The notes beneath the pieces were generated by a model. That model ran no database searches and was not told the DNA's origin. It saw only the letters and a list, made by a program, of their open reading frames with translations. Positions 43,169-53,037 of a stretch of 64,000 bases of DNA are shown piece after piece. The stretch's first letter is position 1. Each line of letters starts with the position of its first letter. A program made the translations under genes and the position numbers. This DNA comes from Naegleria gruberi. Its lineage: Eukaryota. The stretch lies in the NCBI GenBank assembly GCA_000004985.1, contig GG738896.1. One strand, given 5' to 3'.

Positions 43169-44390
43169 ATGCTAAGCATGAGTCCACCACGATTGATTCC
43201 GAACATAATTAATCTTGATGATGATGATGATGAAGATTTGATGCAATTTTCATCATCGTCTCCTTTGCAAGACGATACTAACATCATCATCGCAAAATAT
43301 TTGGAAAATACATCAGATAAGGAAAATACTTCTGATAATGAATCGACTCGCACCACTCGTACAAGTGAAACGTTGCACTCTTCTTGGGAGAATGACACAC
43401 TATCCGAGTTATCGATGAATTCAATCTTAACAAAGCAAACAGAAGCATCCGATAATGAAGATGAAGACCTTGAGGAAGATGAAATGGAGACTAATGGATC
43501 GGAAGAAGAAACTGAAGAAGAAGAAGTAATTCAGAAAAAGAGAAGGCATGGGGAAGTTGTGAGTAAATCTAAAAGGATCAAGACAGAAGGAGAAACTAAT
43601 GAACACCACATTCCTTCACACCTACTTCTCACCTTAGGCCAAACACTTTTCATTCCATATGCAGGCGATTCTGTTTTGATTGGAAACTTATTAGACTCAA
43701 TGGTTGGCTTATCTGTTGAAGAAATGCTCGAACAAGATATGGTAAAGATGGTTCTCTCTGTAATGCAACCAAAGGAAGCTGCTGAGGAAGAATGGAATCA
43801 AAGATTGAATGAGGATAAATCAACGCAATGGACAGCTTTATTAGATACCTATCCAAAGTAAGTATTGGAATATCTCTCTCTATTAATTAACACGAATCAG
43901 ATTGAAAGAATACAGCATGTTCAATTTAAAGTATGTTCATGTGAAGGAATGCCTTGAGAACGATTTTGAATTAAGGAACAAATTTGGATATGTATACACT
44001 ATTGAAGATGAAGATGACAATATTATTTTGTGGATTGAATGTGAAAATGGAGACAAGTATGTGGATAAAGTCAGTCTTAGATCACATTTAAAGAAAAAGC
44101 GTTTGAGATCTGACAAACCACATTACAAAACAAACTGTTCTACATTTACCCAGCTACTTCTTAAGAGTTTACCATATCAAGCTGAAAAGATAATAGCAAA
44201 TGGTTACAATGAGGTGGCATTCATAAATGTTGAGGAGGCCACTAAAAGATATGGTGCATTCATTCTTCAAGACAAATACAAGTTGGATTTCAGTAAATTG
44301 GGATTAAAGGAATACCAGGTAAAAAAGAATAGAAGTAAGAAAGCAAGTAAGGAAAAGGAAGAAAAGAAATCAGTTAGCAAAAAACCATAA
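43169..44390 (+). CDS. Acidic (Asp/Glu-rich) nuclear-type protein, 2 exons (43169..43857, 43916..44390)
   Basis: The GTAAGT donor at 43858 (phase 2) and the acceptor AG at 43914-43915 (58-nt intron) join ...LDTYP-N-MFNLKYVHVKECLEND... Runs DDDDDED and EEETEEEE are present. The C-terminal tail is K-rich. Confidence 0.55.
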
Positions 44391-45498
44391 TTTCCATTGA
44401 ATCGCCATCACTTGTTGTAACATAGCAAAACCCTGTATAATTATCAATGAAAATATTTTGAATATTTGTAAATGAATCAATTTCAAATAGTTTTTTTCCT
44501 TGATCAGAAAAAACGTGCATTACATTAGTTGTACACAAATAAATGCTCTGAGAAATACAATCATAATCCATACAGAGTCCCTCATATTCATATGAAAATG
44601 TTTTTGGTTGTTTCCATTCTTGTCTAGAATCAAAAGTGTGAAATCCAATTTCATTATTGTGGTTACCAAGCTCTGTGCAAACTAGACTAAGAGTGTAGGG
44701 ATTGTATGAAATTCCAAAAAGAAAAAGGAATGTTCCAAATTTTGGAACACCATGATAAATTTCGTATAATAATTCACCATTAAGAGAATTTAGAAATTTG
44801 AAACCCTCCCTTGATCCAACTATAATTGCACTCGATCCATTCAATGAATTCATTTCCTTAATTTTCCCCAACATGGGATGTCCTCTCTCCATCAAACTCA
44901 ATGAAAAACCCTTTCCTATCTCAGAAATCCACACACATTCCTCAAGTCGAAGTGTAGTTTCCTTTCCAGAATAATCTCCAATAAATCGAGTTAAATCAAA
45001 CAAAGCAACTCCCTTATTAGTTGATAATATTGCAACCAATGAATCATTTCTCTCCTCCAAAATTAAAGTAAATGCAAAACTATCAAACCGCACTGTATTC
45101 ATCACTTTCAATTCCTCTCTCCTATATTCTCCCTTATTTTCCGTATTCAAATTATTATTATTATGTTCAATACTATTATTAATCATTGATGAAGATGAAC
45201 AGAATGTAACTCGATTTCCACATTCAATAAAACAAATCACTTGTTCCTCCTTATACATTTTACCATGCAACACATGTAACGTAAAATCTTCCATGGTTTG
45301 TTGATTGCATACTATCGTCTTTACATGCTTAAATTGATTAGAGAAGGCTTTCCGAATAGGTGAAGGCTTTCGGAATTGTTGGATAAGTCTCGGACAAGGC
45401 TGAAAATTAAAATCTACTAATTGTATAGTACATAATGATGTCGAAGAGGTTTCTTCATGTTTAAAATTGTTGAATTTTCTCTTCTTTGCTTGTTGCAT
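44374..45498 (-). CDS. Hypothetical protein (374 aa). Its 3' end overlaps the convergent gene by 17 bp
   Basis: The ATG at 45498 starts MQQAKKRKFNNF.... No recognisable domain. Confidence 0.45.
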   Translation of the reverse strand: MQQAKKRKFNNFKHEETSSTSLCTIQLVDFNFQPCPRLIQQFRKPSPIRKAFSNQFKHVKTIVCNQQTMEDFTLHVLHGKMYKEEQVICFIECGNRVTFCSSSSMINNSIEHNNNNLNTENKGEYRREELKVMNTVRFDSFAFTLILEERNDSLVAILSTNKGVALFDLTRFIGDYSGKETTLRLEECVWISEIGKGFSLSLMERGHPMLGKIKEMNSLNGSSAIIVGSREGFKFLNSLNGELLYEIYHGVPKFGTFLFLFGISYNPYTLSLVCTELGNHNNEIGFHTFDSRQEWKQPKTFSYEYEGLCMDYDCISQSIYLCTTNVMHVFSDQGKKLFEIDSFTNIQNIFIDNYTGFCYVTTSDGDSMEIMVFC

Positions 45499-45562
45499 TT
45501 TTTTTAATTATTAAATTAATATTAAAATCTTTACAAAATTATTAAATATTATTAAATAGTTT

Positions 45563-46830
45563 TTATAATTGTTCTTCTTGTTGTTTTTGTTCTTCAGTAG
45601 TGTATTCATAAACATAATCAGTAATAATTTCCTTAGCTTCATCAGATAAATATTTAGAAATTGCTTTCTGGTCAACTTTAGCGAGAGAATCCCACTCATT
45701 CGAATGTTCCTTCTTGAAATCTGCCAAAATATCCTGAACAAACAAAGCCAAACACTTATTTCTCAATTTAAATGAAGTGATAATATTACCAATTTTGGAA
45801 ATGGCAGATTCCAATCGATTATCATTCAAATATTGAACTATTAAATCGAATACTGGAGTGGAAACAGATTCATTATCAAAGGTTGGCTTTTTGGTTTTTT
45901 TTCTAGGTCTTGGTGGCTTTTTTGGTTGCACAACTTCCTTAAATGCTTCATTCTTCTTCTTGATAATAAATCGTTCTCCCTTTTCCTTTGTGAACATATC
46001 TCTGATTGGCTTAATAACCACTCCTTCACAGATATTTGGACATGATTCAACGAGTGGGAGGTTGTAGAATAATTGTGGAATTTTGGTTGGATAATTGCAA
46101 TCGTATTCTAAACATTCTTCCAAAGTTCCTCTCATCACTTCTTTGGCATATCGAGAAATTCCACATTCAGTGAGTAATTGAATCATCTTGTCATAGGCCA
46201 AATAGAATCCTTCTTCCTTCTTTGTTTCTACATTTAATCCAAATACATAGACATCGAACATATAGAAATCATAATCAGGAGTATAATACACATGTTTTTG
46301 AATTGGATATCTTCCTTTTACATTTTCTATTTGATCATGAGGATATTGACCTCCAAAACTATTTCAAGAATTCCAAAATAAATAAATTTTACACTTAAGG
46401 ACACTTACATTTCTCCATAGAAATTAGCTCTTCTCACCTTAAAATTATCATTCGAATAGATATCACAAATACTCTTAAAAACCTTCTTTATCTGTTCCTC
46501 ATATCTATTCCTCACAATCTCCACAGCCTCAGGAAAGAAATCGTCATCTTCATGAGGTGATTTTTTCTTCTTTTGTTTTTCCTCTTCATCCAATCCAACA
46601 TATTGTCTTCGGGATGCAACCTGGCATTGAATATCTTCCACAAGACACGAATTGGCAGTCTGATAATTATCCCTCCACATTACAAAACTAAAATTACATC
46701 CATGAATCTTTTCAGAGACAACCCAAGGAATTGATGGATCATAATTCTCATCACGGATTAAATTCTTGGCAAATTCTTGATAGTGATTCTCGATGGAACT
46801 GTACGCTTTGAAATGATGTTGATTCTTCAT
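45563..46830 (-). CDS. Rnl2-family ATP-dependent RNA ligase-like protein, 2 exons (46830..46409, 46358..45563)
   Basis: Motif I VVSEKIHGCNFSF is like KIHGTN of T4 Rnl2 and kinetoplastid REL1. The minus-strand GTAAGT donor at 46408 and AG acceptor at 46360-46359 (50-nt intron) join ...ANFYGE-I-FGGQYPHDQIENVKGRYPIQKHVYYTPDYDFYMFDVYVFG. Confidence 0.65.
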
Positions 46831-46875
46831 GAGTTTATTGTTGGATGTTTTTTTCTTGTTGATTTACTTGAATTT

Positions 46876-46889
46876 TGTTGGCGCCAAAT
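46876..46889. promoter_or_regulatory. E2F-like palindrome TGTTGGCGCCAAAT, about 50 bp upstream (minus strand) of the RNA-ligase ATG
   Basis: TTGGCGCCAA is a perfect 10-bp palindrome. Confidence 0.4.
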
Positions 46890-47012
46890 GTTGTGAAGTT
46901 CAAAGTGCAAACTCAGATTAGCACTTGAAGTATCACTTGGGATTTGCATTTAATAACTAAGCTCATTGAAATCTCACAAATTACTCACTTTATTTGAAGT
47001 TAATAGGAACAA

Positions 47013-47960
47013 TTAAATGGCAGTTCCAGTTTCAGTCAATTGACCAAGACATTGTCTAGCTCCAACCTTTGAAATGGTTGGCCAAACTTGATTATCAATC
47101 TTATCAATCTTTGTCTTGTTCAAAACAATGACCTTCATATATTGTAAATAATAGTAAAGTTCCTTATCTGATTTTTCACATTCTCTCAATTTCTTATCCA
47201 AATCAGAGATGGAACGACCCAAACAATTCAACTTGACATTTCCTCCCCAAACATCTTTCAACCATCCACCAAATTTGTTCATGGTAATTCTGTCAGAATA
47301 AATTGGGACGAATTGATATTCGAATTTGGTGAATTCCTTTCTAGCAATAAGTTCTGAAACGAATTTTGCAACATCTTCATAATTGGAAATTTCAAATTCT
47401 TCATCACCAGTTCCATAGAAATTCAAAGCATGTTTCTTAGTATCGACAATGAAGGAAACTTGGAGCAACTTTTCAATAAAGATACCACACAAGATGGAAA
47501 TCCATTTCAATTGAGTATTCTGATTCAAGAGTGCGTGAACCTTCTTTCTTACATCAATTCTAGGCAACATTTCTGTATTATCAAGTTTAGTAAAATCAAT
47601 ACTAAAGTCAGATGGAATGTAATACTTGACGTTGGCCTTGATACATGATTCAATGACACGAGTTTCAGCTTTCAATTCTTCTTCATGATCGAAAAAGTTC
47701 ATACAATTCAACACCAAAGTGAAATCTTTGAGAATATTAACGAAATCTTCACATGAATCTTTCAAGACATCGAAACAGAAAATCTTTCCATTAAGCTTCT
47801 TCTCCCATACGTTCAATTTGTCACGACTTTCGGATGGAACTAACAAGGAGCATTTAACATCTTTTTGATGATTTTCGCACAAGTTTTTGACTATTTGGCA
47901 ACCAAGATGACCGGAAGCACCAAGGATTAGGACATTCAAATCAGAGATTTTAGATTCCAT
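47013..47960 (-). CDS. NmrA-like / atypical SDR NAD(P)-binding Rossmann protein
   Basis: N-terminal NVLILGASGHLGCQIV (GxxGxxG), 315 aa, NmrA-like length and pattern. Confidence 0.65.
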   Translation of the reverse strand: MESKISDLNVLILGASGHLGCQIVKNLCENHQKDVKCSLLVPSESRDKLNVWEKKLNGKIFCFDVLKDSCEDFVNILKDFTLVLNCMNFFDHEEELKAETRVIESCIKANVKYYIPSDFSIDFTKLDNTEMLPRIDVRKKVHALLNQNTQLKWISILCGIFIEKLLQVSFIVDTKKHALNFYGTGDEEFEISNYEDVAKFVSELIARKEFTKFEYQFVPIYSDRITMNKFGGWLKDVWGGNVKLNCLGRSISDLDKKLRECEKSDKELYYYLQYMKVIVLNKTKIDKIDNQVWPTISKVGARQCLGQLTETGTAI

Positions 47961-48148
47961 TGGAAATGATTATGATGTAATTTTTTCTCAATGCAAATAT
48001 GAGTTTCTTATATAATTGTTGTCTTTAAAGGAAATCAACTTTTTCATTTTTGGAAAATTAACAATTTTGGCAAGAGTATTGAATTGATAATTTCCATTTT
48101 CTAAATAATTGTTAATTGTTCCAACCCTTTTTTGAAGAAATTCTGGAT

Positions 48149-49312
48149 TCAACAATTATTCATACGGTAAGCAAATGCATACTGAAGAGGAAATTGTAAA
48201 TCTTGAATTGAATCTTCCTTTGAACTAATCTCAAAATAAACTAATTTTGCATTTGAGAATTTCATTGCATCATTATATGTGGGCACAAGTTCAGCAATAT
48301 ATTCAGAAATTACTTGTTGAGAGACTTGTCTTTTCAAATCCCTCTTCATTCCCAAAATAATAAACAGTATGCTATCTTTTCTGGTATCTTCTTTCATTTC
48401 TCTGAAAATGTAAAATTGCTGGTCCAAATCGACAACTTGTTTTTTCATATCCTCAAATGAGGCGGAATCACTCAAATCAAAGCAGAAGAAAACAACACGG
48501 GCTCCTCTATAGTAAGATAATGAGTTATGTGAAAATTGTGGATCACCACTTGTGTCCCAAATTAGAAATTTCATCATACATTGACTATCGTTAAAGTATT
48601 TCGGATAGAATTCCACGCCAATTGTTGGACGATATATACTGCTAAATTCTGATTGGTGTAACCTTTTCAAATATTCACTCTTTCCACATTTCATAGGTCC
48701 TAACAATGTCACATTATGGAGATAGTCAATTTTCTTCTCTGGACGAGATTGACTCTTTCGAATTTCACTCATAAATCTTTCATACAATAAAACATAATCC
48801 CGTGGATGCACCATCTGCATCTGACTCTTCTCGTATGCAACTGGTTTGAAATGTATCCAAGTTTCATTGGCAAGCTTATTCAATTCTTGTCGCCAAAAAA
48901 TATCCAATCCCGACCAAACGTTGAAACTCTTTGAAACTCTTTCCATCATTATAACATCAAAGATTGTAAGATAATCCATAATGTGCATTTTCATCTCATC
49001 AGGTAATTTGATAATTAAAATTCCTAATTTTGTTGTTATTATTGAATTGTTAGTTTCATCATGTATACTATCAATTTGTTGTTGTTCATTGAAATTTTCA
49101 TCATGATCACAATTAATTAATTGATTATTATTCCGATCATCTTGAGAAATTAAATTATTCTCTTCTTGCTGTTCCGATGTGTTGGGAAGACTTTGAACCA
49201 ATGCTGAATATCTCGCTGATGAAACCAATTTCCAATGCGAAAATTGTTGATATCTTGAAAAATCGATTACCTTTCTAGTACTACTTGCTGGCGGCACTTG
49301 TTTTTGTCCCAT
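48149..49312 (-). CDS. Chimeric F-box / Rab-like small GTPase protein, single exon
   Basis: The ATG at 49312 starts MGQKQV.... The F-box-like stretch is LPDEMKMHIMDYLTIFDVIMMERVSKSFNVW. The GTPase domain shows GPMKCGKSEY (P-loop), YRPTIGVEF (Rab switch I), LIWDTSGD (G3), and ILGMKRDL (G4, NKxD-like). Confidence 0.65.
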   Translation of the reverse strand: MGQKQVPPASSTRKVIDFSRYQQFSHWKLVSSARYSALVQSLPNTSEQQEENNLISQDDRNNNQLINCDHDENFNEQQQIDSIHDETNNSIITTKLGILIIKLPDEMKMHIMDYLTIFDVIMMERVSKSFNVWSGLDIFWRQELNKLANETWIHFKPVAYEKSQMQMVHPRDYVLLYERFMSEIRKSQSRPEKKIDYLHNVTLLGPMKCGKSEYLKRLHQSEFSSIYRPTIGVEFYPKYFNDSQCMMKFLIWDTSGDPQFSHNSLSYYRGARVVFFCFDLSDSASFEDMKKQVVDLDQQFYIFREMKEDTRKDSILFIILGMKRDLKRQVSQQVISEYIAELVPTYNDAMKFSNAKLVYFEISSKEDSIQDLQFPLQYAFAYRMNNC

Positions 49313-49532
49313 TTTTTGTAATGCTTTCCTTTACTAGCATCACACATGGTAGAACAAACAAACTCGGCTTGTTACCTGCCTGGATGATCCTTCCACCCGT
49401 TAGTTACCTTAATATTTTTCAAATTGTCTTCTTGCAAGGCTTGTAAATTTTTTTGGCGAACAAGACTCTGCGGTAATTAAGCTTGAACTATTAAATGATT
49501 GGAAAGATATAAAAAATAATAAAACAATCATC

Positions 49533-50327
49533 ATGATGATGAAGATGGAATGTCCACTCATGTTTCTTCAAGAGGAGGTGGGAGAATTCAGTACCACTGT
49601 ATATTTCAGAGTAGCAGCATCTCAATCCGAACACCAACTCCCAACTAACTATTTTGAACCTATAAGGAGTGAGGTAATTATTGATAGTTACTTTGAAATT
49701 CCACCCTTTTGCTTACTAGAGGTGGATGGTGATTGGCCAATGGCAAGACTAATCTTTTCAGATTTGAATACATGTAAAGAGGACTTTATTTTGAAGAGTA
49801 AGAAACGAGAAGGCAACCAAATCACTGACGATTCACTAGTTCACTTTAATGTTAAACATTATGGCAGTAGCACAGATCTTGTGAATGCAATTTTGGAGAA
49901 TAAGAAAGATAAGTTAGCATTTGTGAAATCTAGTGTTTGCCAACGATTCATTGCCACCACTCACATTCTGAGATATGTACTGCAACACAAAACAGACCCA
50001 CAAGTTGAATTGCAACTGTGCAGTCTAAAGATTGGACTCGAGTATTATAATTTCGGTAAGATTAAGGTGGGAAGAAAGTGTGATGCAAATGAAATGGAAA
50101 CCTTTTTCAGTCAATTGAATCCAATGGAATTGCAATACATTATTCCAGCAAATAGTCCTGTTATTAGAAAAATGCAAAGTGAAAAATCCCTCCTTCTCCA
50201 GACCATACCATCCTCTCAAATCTACCACTTTATAGACACATCATTATCTGAAAGTCCTCTTCACTTTAAACATGAAAAATTTAATGACATTCTATTAGAA
50301 ACTCTAGAAGAAGTTTCTGAATACTGA
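49533..50327 (+). CDS. Hypothetical protein (264 aa)
   Basis: The ATG at 49533 starts MMMKMECPLMF.... No recognisable domain. Confidence 0.4.
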   Translation: MMMKMECPLMFLQEEVGEFSTTVYFRVAASQSEHQLPTNYFEPIRSEVIIDSYFEIPPFCLLEVDGDWPMARLIFSDLNTCKEDFILKSKKREGNQITDDSLVHFNVKHYGSSTDLVNAILENKKDKLAFVKSSVCQRFIATTHILRYVLQHKTDPQVELQLCSLKIGLEYYNFGKIKVGRKCDANEMETFFSQLNPMELQYIIPANSPVIRKMQSEKSLLLQTIPSSQIYHFIDTSLSESPLHFKHEKFNDILLETLEEVSEY

Positions 50328-50408
50328 GAATAAAGTAATACAACATGTGAAAGTAATATATTTAAAGTTTATATTCACTTCAAATATAGTATTATTTCCA
50401 TAAAAAAT

Positions 50409-51314
50409 TTAAGCATTGAAACCAGCAGCTCTAACAACTTGTGCAGAGGTGTATGATGAAACACTGAATCCAGAATCATTAACTTCGAAAACACCATTAG
50501 AGTAACTCTTAGCCAAAACCCAATGTCCACCATTTCTGACGTTCAAAATGACAACCTTTCCTTGACAGACCCAATTGATAATAGCTTGCTTATCAGTAGT
50601 TTGTCCAAGATAATTGAATCCAAGTCTAGAAACAGCTCCCCAAACAAACAAATTTCCATAATAACCTCCATTCTTCAACAAGTATTGGTTCAATTGACCT
50701 GGGTTCATTGAACTCTTTCCTCTACCATTCAAAGCAGAACAAACTGAATTCATCAAACAACCAACTTGACAAATAGTGGAAGAACTTCCAAGTCTATCAC
50801 CACCCCATCTAGAATCACATTGTTTAAAGAGTGGATAATTGTAATTTTGTCTACAACCAGATGTAGAACCACCACCACCACCTCCATTTTGAACAACAGT
50901 TAAGAAATTAGAGGCAGCATAACCAGTTCCAAAACTACCAGAAACCTTATACCAAGTATAACCACATCCACTTTGGACTTCACCAGTGAATTTGACAACT
51001 TGACCATTTCCAAGAGTAGTAATAATTGATTTACCAGTGCATGGTCCACTTCTGACATTCAAAGCAGTGGTTGCTTTCAAGGAAGCTCCACTAGCAATTG
51101 ATGAATCAGATTCGGCATCTGACATTTCGAAATCTTCTTCAGATTCGGATTGAACACTTTGAATGGCATTAATTGGAAGATCAATAGCGAAATTGGTGGC
51201 CAATGAAGGTTCTCCAACCAATTTGACACTTCTATTGTTTGGATAAGCACGTTGACAAGAGACAACGACAGCAAATGTCAAGAGCAATAAAATTCCCACG
51301 AAGATTTTGTTCAT
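50409..51314 (-). CDS. Secreted bacterial-type cell-wall hydrolase-like protein: signal peptide, SH3b domain, Gly linker and papain-like C39-type cysteine peptidase domain
   Basis: The ATG at 51314 starts MNKIFVGILLLLTFAVVVSCQ (signal peptide). The SH3b-like segment is LNVRSGPCTGKSIITTLGNGQVVKFTGEVQSGCGYTWYKVSGSFGTGYAASNFL. A GGGGGGS linker follows. The peptidase module has Cys in QVGCLMNSVCSAL and His in NGGHWVLA, then NDSG. No intron. Confidence 0.6.
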   Translation of the reverse strand: MNKIFVGILLLLTFAVVVSCQRAYPNNRSVKLVGEPSLATNFAIDLPINAIQSVQSESEEDFEMSDAESDSSIASGASLKATTALNVRSGPCTGKSIITTLGNGQVVKFTGEVQSGCGYTWYKVSGSFGTGYAASNFLTVVQNGGGGGGSTSGCRQNYNYPLFKQCDSRWGGDRLGSSSTICQVGCLMNSVCSALNGRGKSSMNPGQLNQYLLKNGGYYGNLFVWGAVSRLGFNYLGQTTDKQAIINWVCQGKVVILNVRNGGHWVLAKSYSNGVFEVNDSGFSVSSYTSAQVVRAAGFNA

Positions 51315-51729
51315 TTTTTTTGTGATGATTTTTTGGCAGTTGAAAGGTTGAATATTAAAATCAAATTGCTGCTCAGCCAATACGGATAATAAACATGAAC
51401 GAGATGGTAATGAAAGAATAAAAATAGAATGTTAAATAATTGGGGCATTATGATATTGAGGGGGCATTGAAACGAATCGAATAGAAAATGTGCATTTATT
51501 CCAAACAAAATACTAAGTGATGCTTGAAAGGTAATCTTGCGCTGGAGTAACCGACAACATGATCTTGAAATGCATGCTTGTTGTTTGAAGAAGGTGGTTA
51601 TTGTAATAGTTTGTGATTGTTCAAATGGATGTTAGATAGAGAAATTTCAATCTTTTTGCATCTACAGTTCTATCAAATAACTTCTTTCCAATATTCGAAT
51701 AAGATTTTTACAAAATATACAATAGGATT

Positions 51730-52806
51730 TTATGCCTCCTTGTTTGGAATTGGAGATTCAGATGGATATGTTATCTGTTCGTTTGGAGCCTCAATTGAAA
51801 ACATATCTTTACCATTATAAATAAATTTCTTACTCTTGTACATGTATTCATATTCATTCCTAAATGAATCTGCAATCTGACACCACAATGAGGCATTTTC
51901 CTCAATATCAAGTTCAGTTTTTCCATCCAACCATATCAGTGCAATTCGAATCTTGTCTCTTAATGATTCCATTGTGGCAATCTCTGAAAAGATAAACGTC
52001 CTGTTTGTAACTGTATCCTTCTGGCAATGTTCCTTTTCAAACTCTTGTTGATAAATCTTGGGTATCGACATTTTAGCCCACAAATGATACAGGTAATTCC
52101 TAGCTGATTTGTAATCATTCAATTCTCCATATTCATCTGTGAGTGAATCAATATCAAAAGAAAACCAATCGATTGGCATTTCTACTTGTTGTCTACTTCT
52201 CATTGAAGAAGACAATGGTTTGAAATTAAAAACTGGAAAATCTCCCAAATCCAATTCATCTAACATGTCTGCACTTTTCCAATACTCTTCTTCCTTTTCA
52301 AAGAAATTAGATGAAAATCCTAGAGGGCTCTTCTTATCATTACAAGGTGATCGAACATATTCATTTGGATTACTAAATGGAAATCTATTATCCCATTCCT
52401 TCTTTACAGATCTGACACTATTCGATCTCTCAATAGGTTCACAAGCCCACCTCGAAAGTAACGACGAATTCATCGTCATTGTTGATGAAGAAGGTACTGA
52501 AGATTTAGATCTTTGAGAGGAGTAGGATCTCGTCGATGGAGAGGTAGAATACATAGTCCTAGTGGTACTTGGGTTGGATCGGGATTGAGTCTTATTCATA
52601 CTATTAGATTCATACCCGATGGGATTATCAAATTTACTCCTAAATTTAGCTAGTTTTAGTCTCTTCTTTTGTTGGTAGGTGAGTTGTTGTTGTTGTGCTT
52701 GTTGTTTATCCATGCTGTTCATTCCCTTAAAGGTTTGTAGGGGTGGCGGTTGTAAATGTACAAGATGTTGATGATCCGACCTCTTTGATGACATTGTAGT
52801 GGTCAT
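51730..52806 (-). CDS. Hypothetical Ser/Thr/Gln-rich protein (358 aa)
   Basis: The ATG at 52806. The N-terminal half is low complexity and the C-terminal half is more ordered. No known domain. Confidence 0.4.
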   Translation of the reverse strand: MTTTMSSKRSDHQHLVHLQPPPLQTFKGMNSMDKQQAQQQQLTYQQKKRLKLAKFRSKFDNPIGYESNSMNKTQSRSNPSTTRTMYSTSPSTRSYSSQRSKSSVPSSSTMTMNSSLLSRWACEPIERSNSVRSVKKEWDNRFPFSNPNEYVRSPCNDKKSPLGFSSNFFEKEEEYWKSADMLDELDLGDFPVFNFKPLSSSMRSRQQVEMPIDWFSFDIDSLTDEYGELNDYKSARNYLYHLWAKMSIPKIYQQEFEKEHCQKDTVTNRTFIFSEIATMESLRDKIRIALIWLDGKTELDIEENASLWCQIADSFRNEYEYMYKSKKFIYNGKDMFSIEAPNEQITYPSESPIPNKEA

Positions 52807-53037
52807 GCTGATTCGTTATATTATTATTATATGATAGTGGGTGTAACGGTCGTTTTAAAAATGATGATTGAGGGTGAGAGGTAAGGTGGTGTCCTTTTTT
52901 TTTCGTTGAAAAAATCGTTACACGATGTTGCTGTAGTTCAAGCATGAACTATGTGACATTACCGTAACGAATGGTTGCAAATCAAGAATGGTTTGAATTC
53001 GCGAATAAGAGTAAAAAGGAATAATGGTAAGGAAAAT

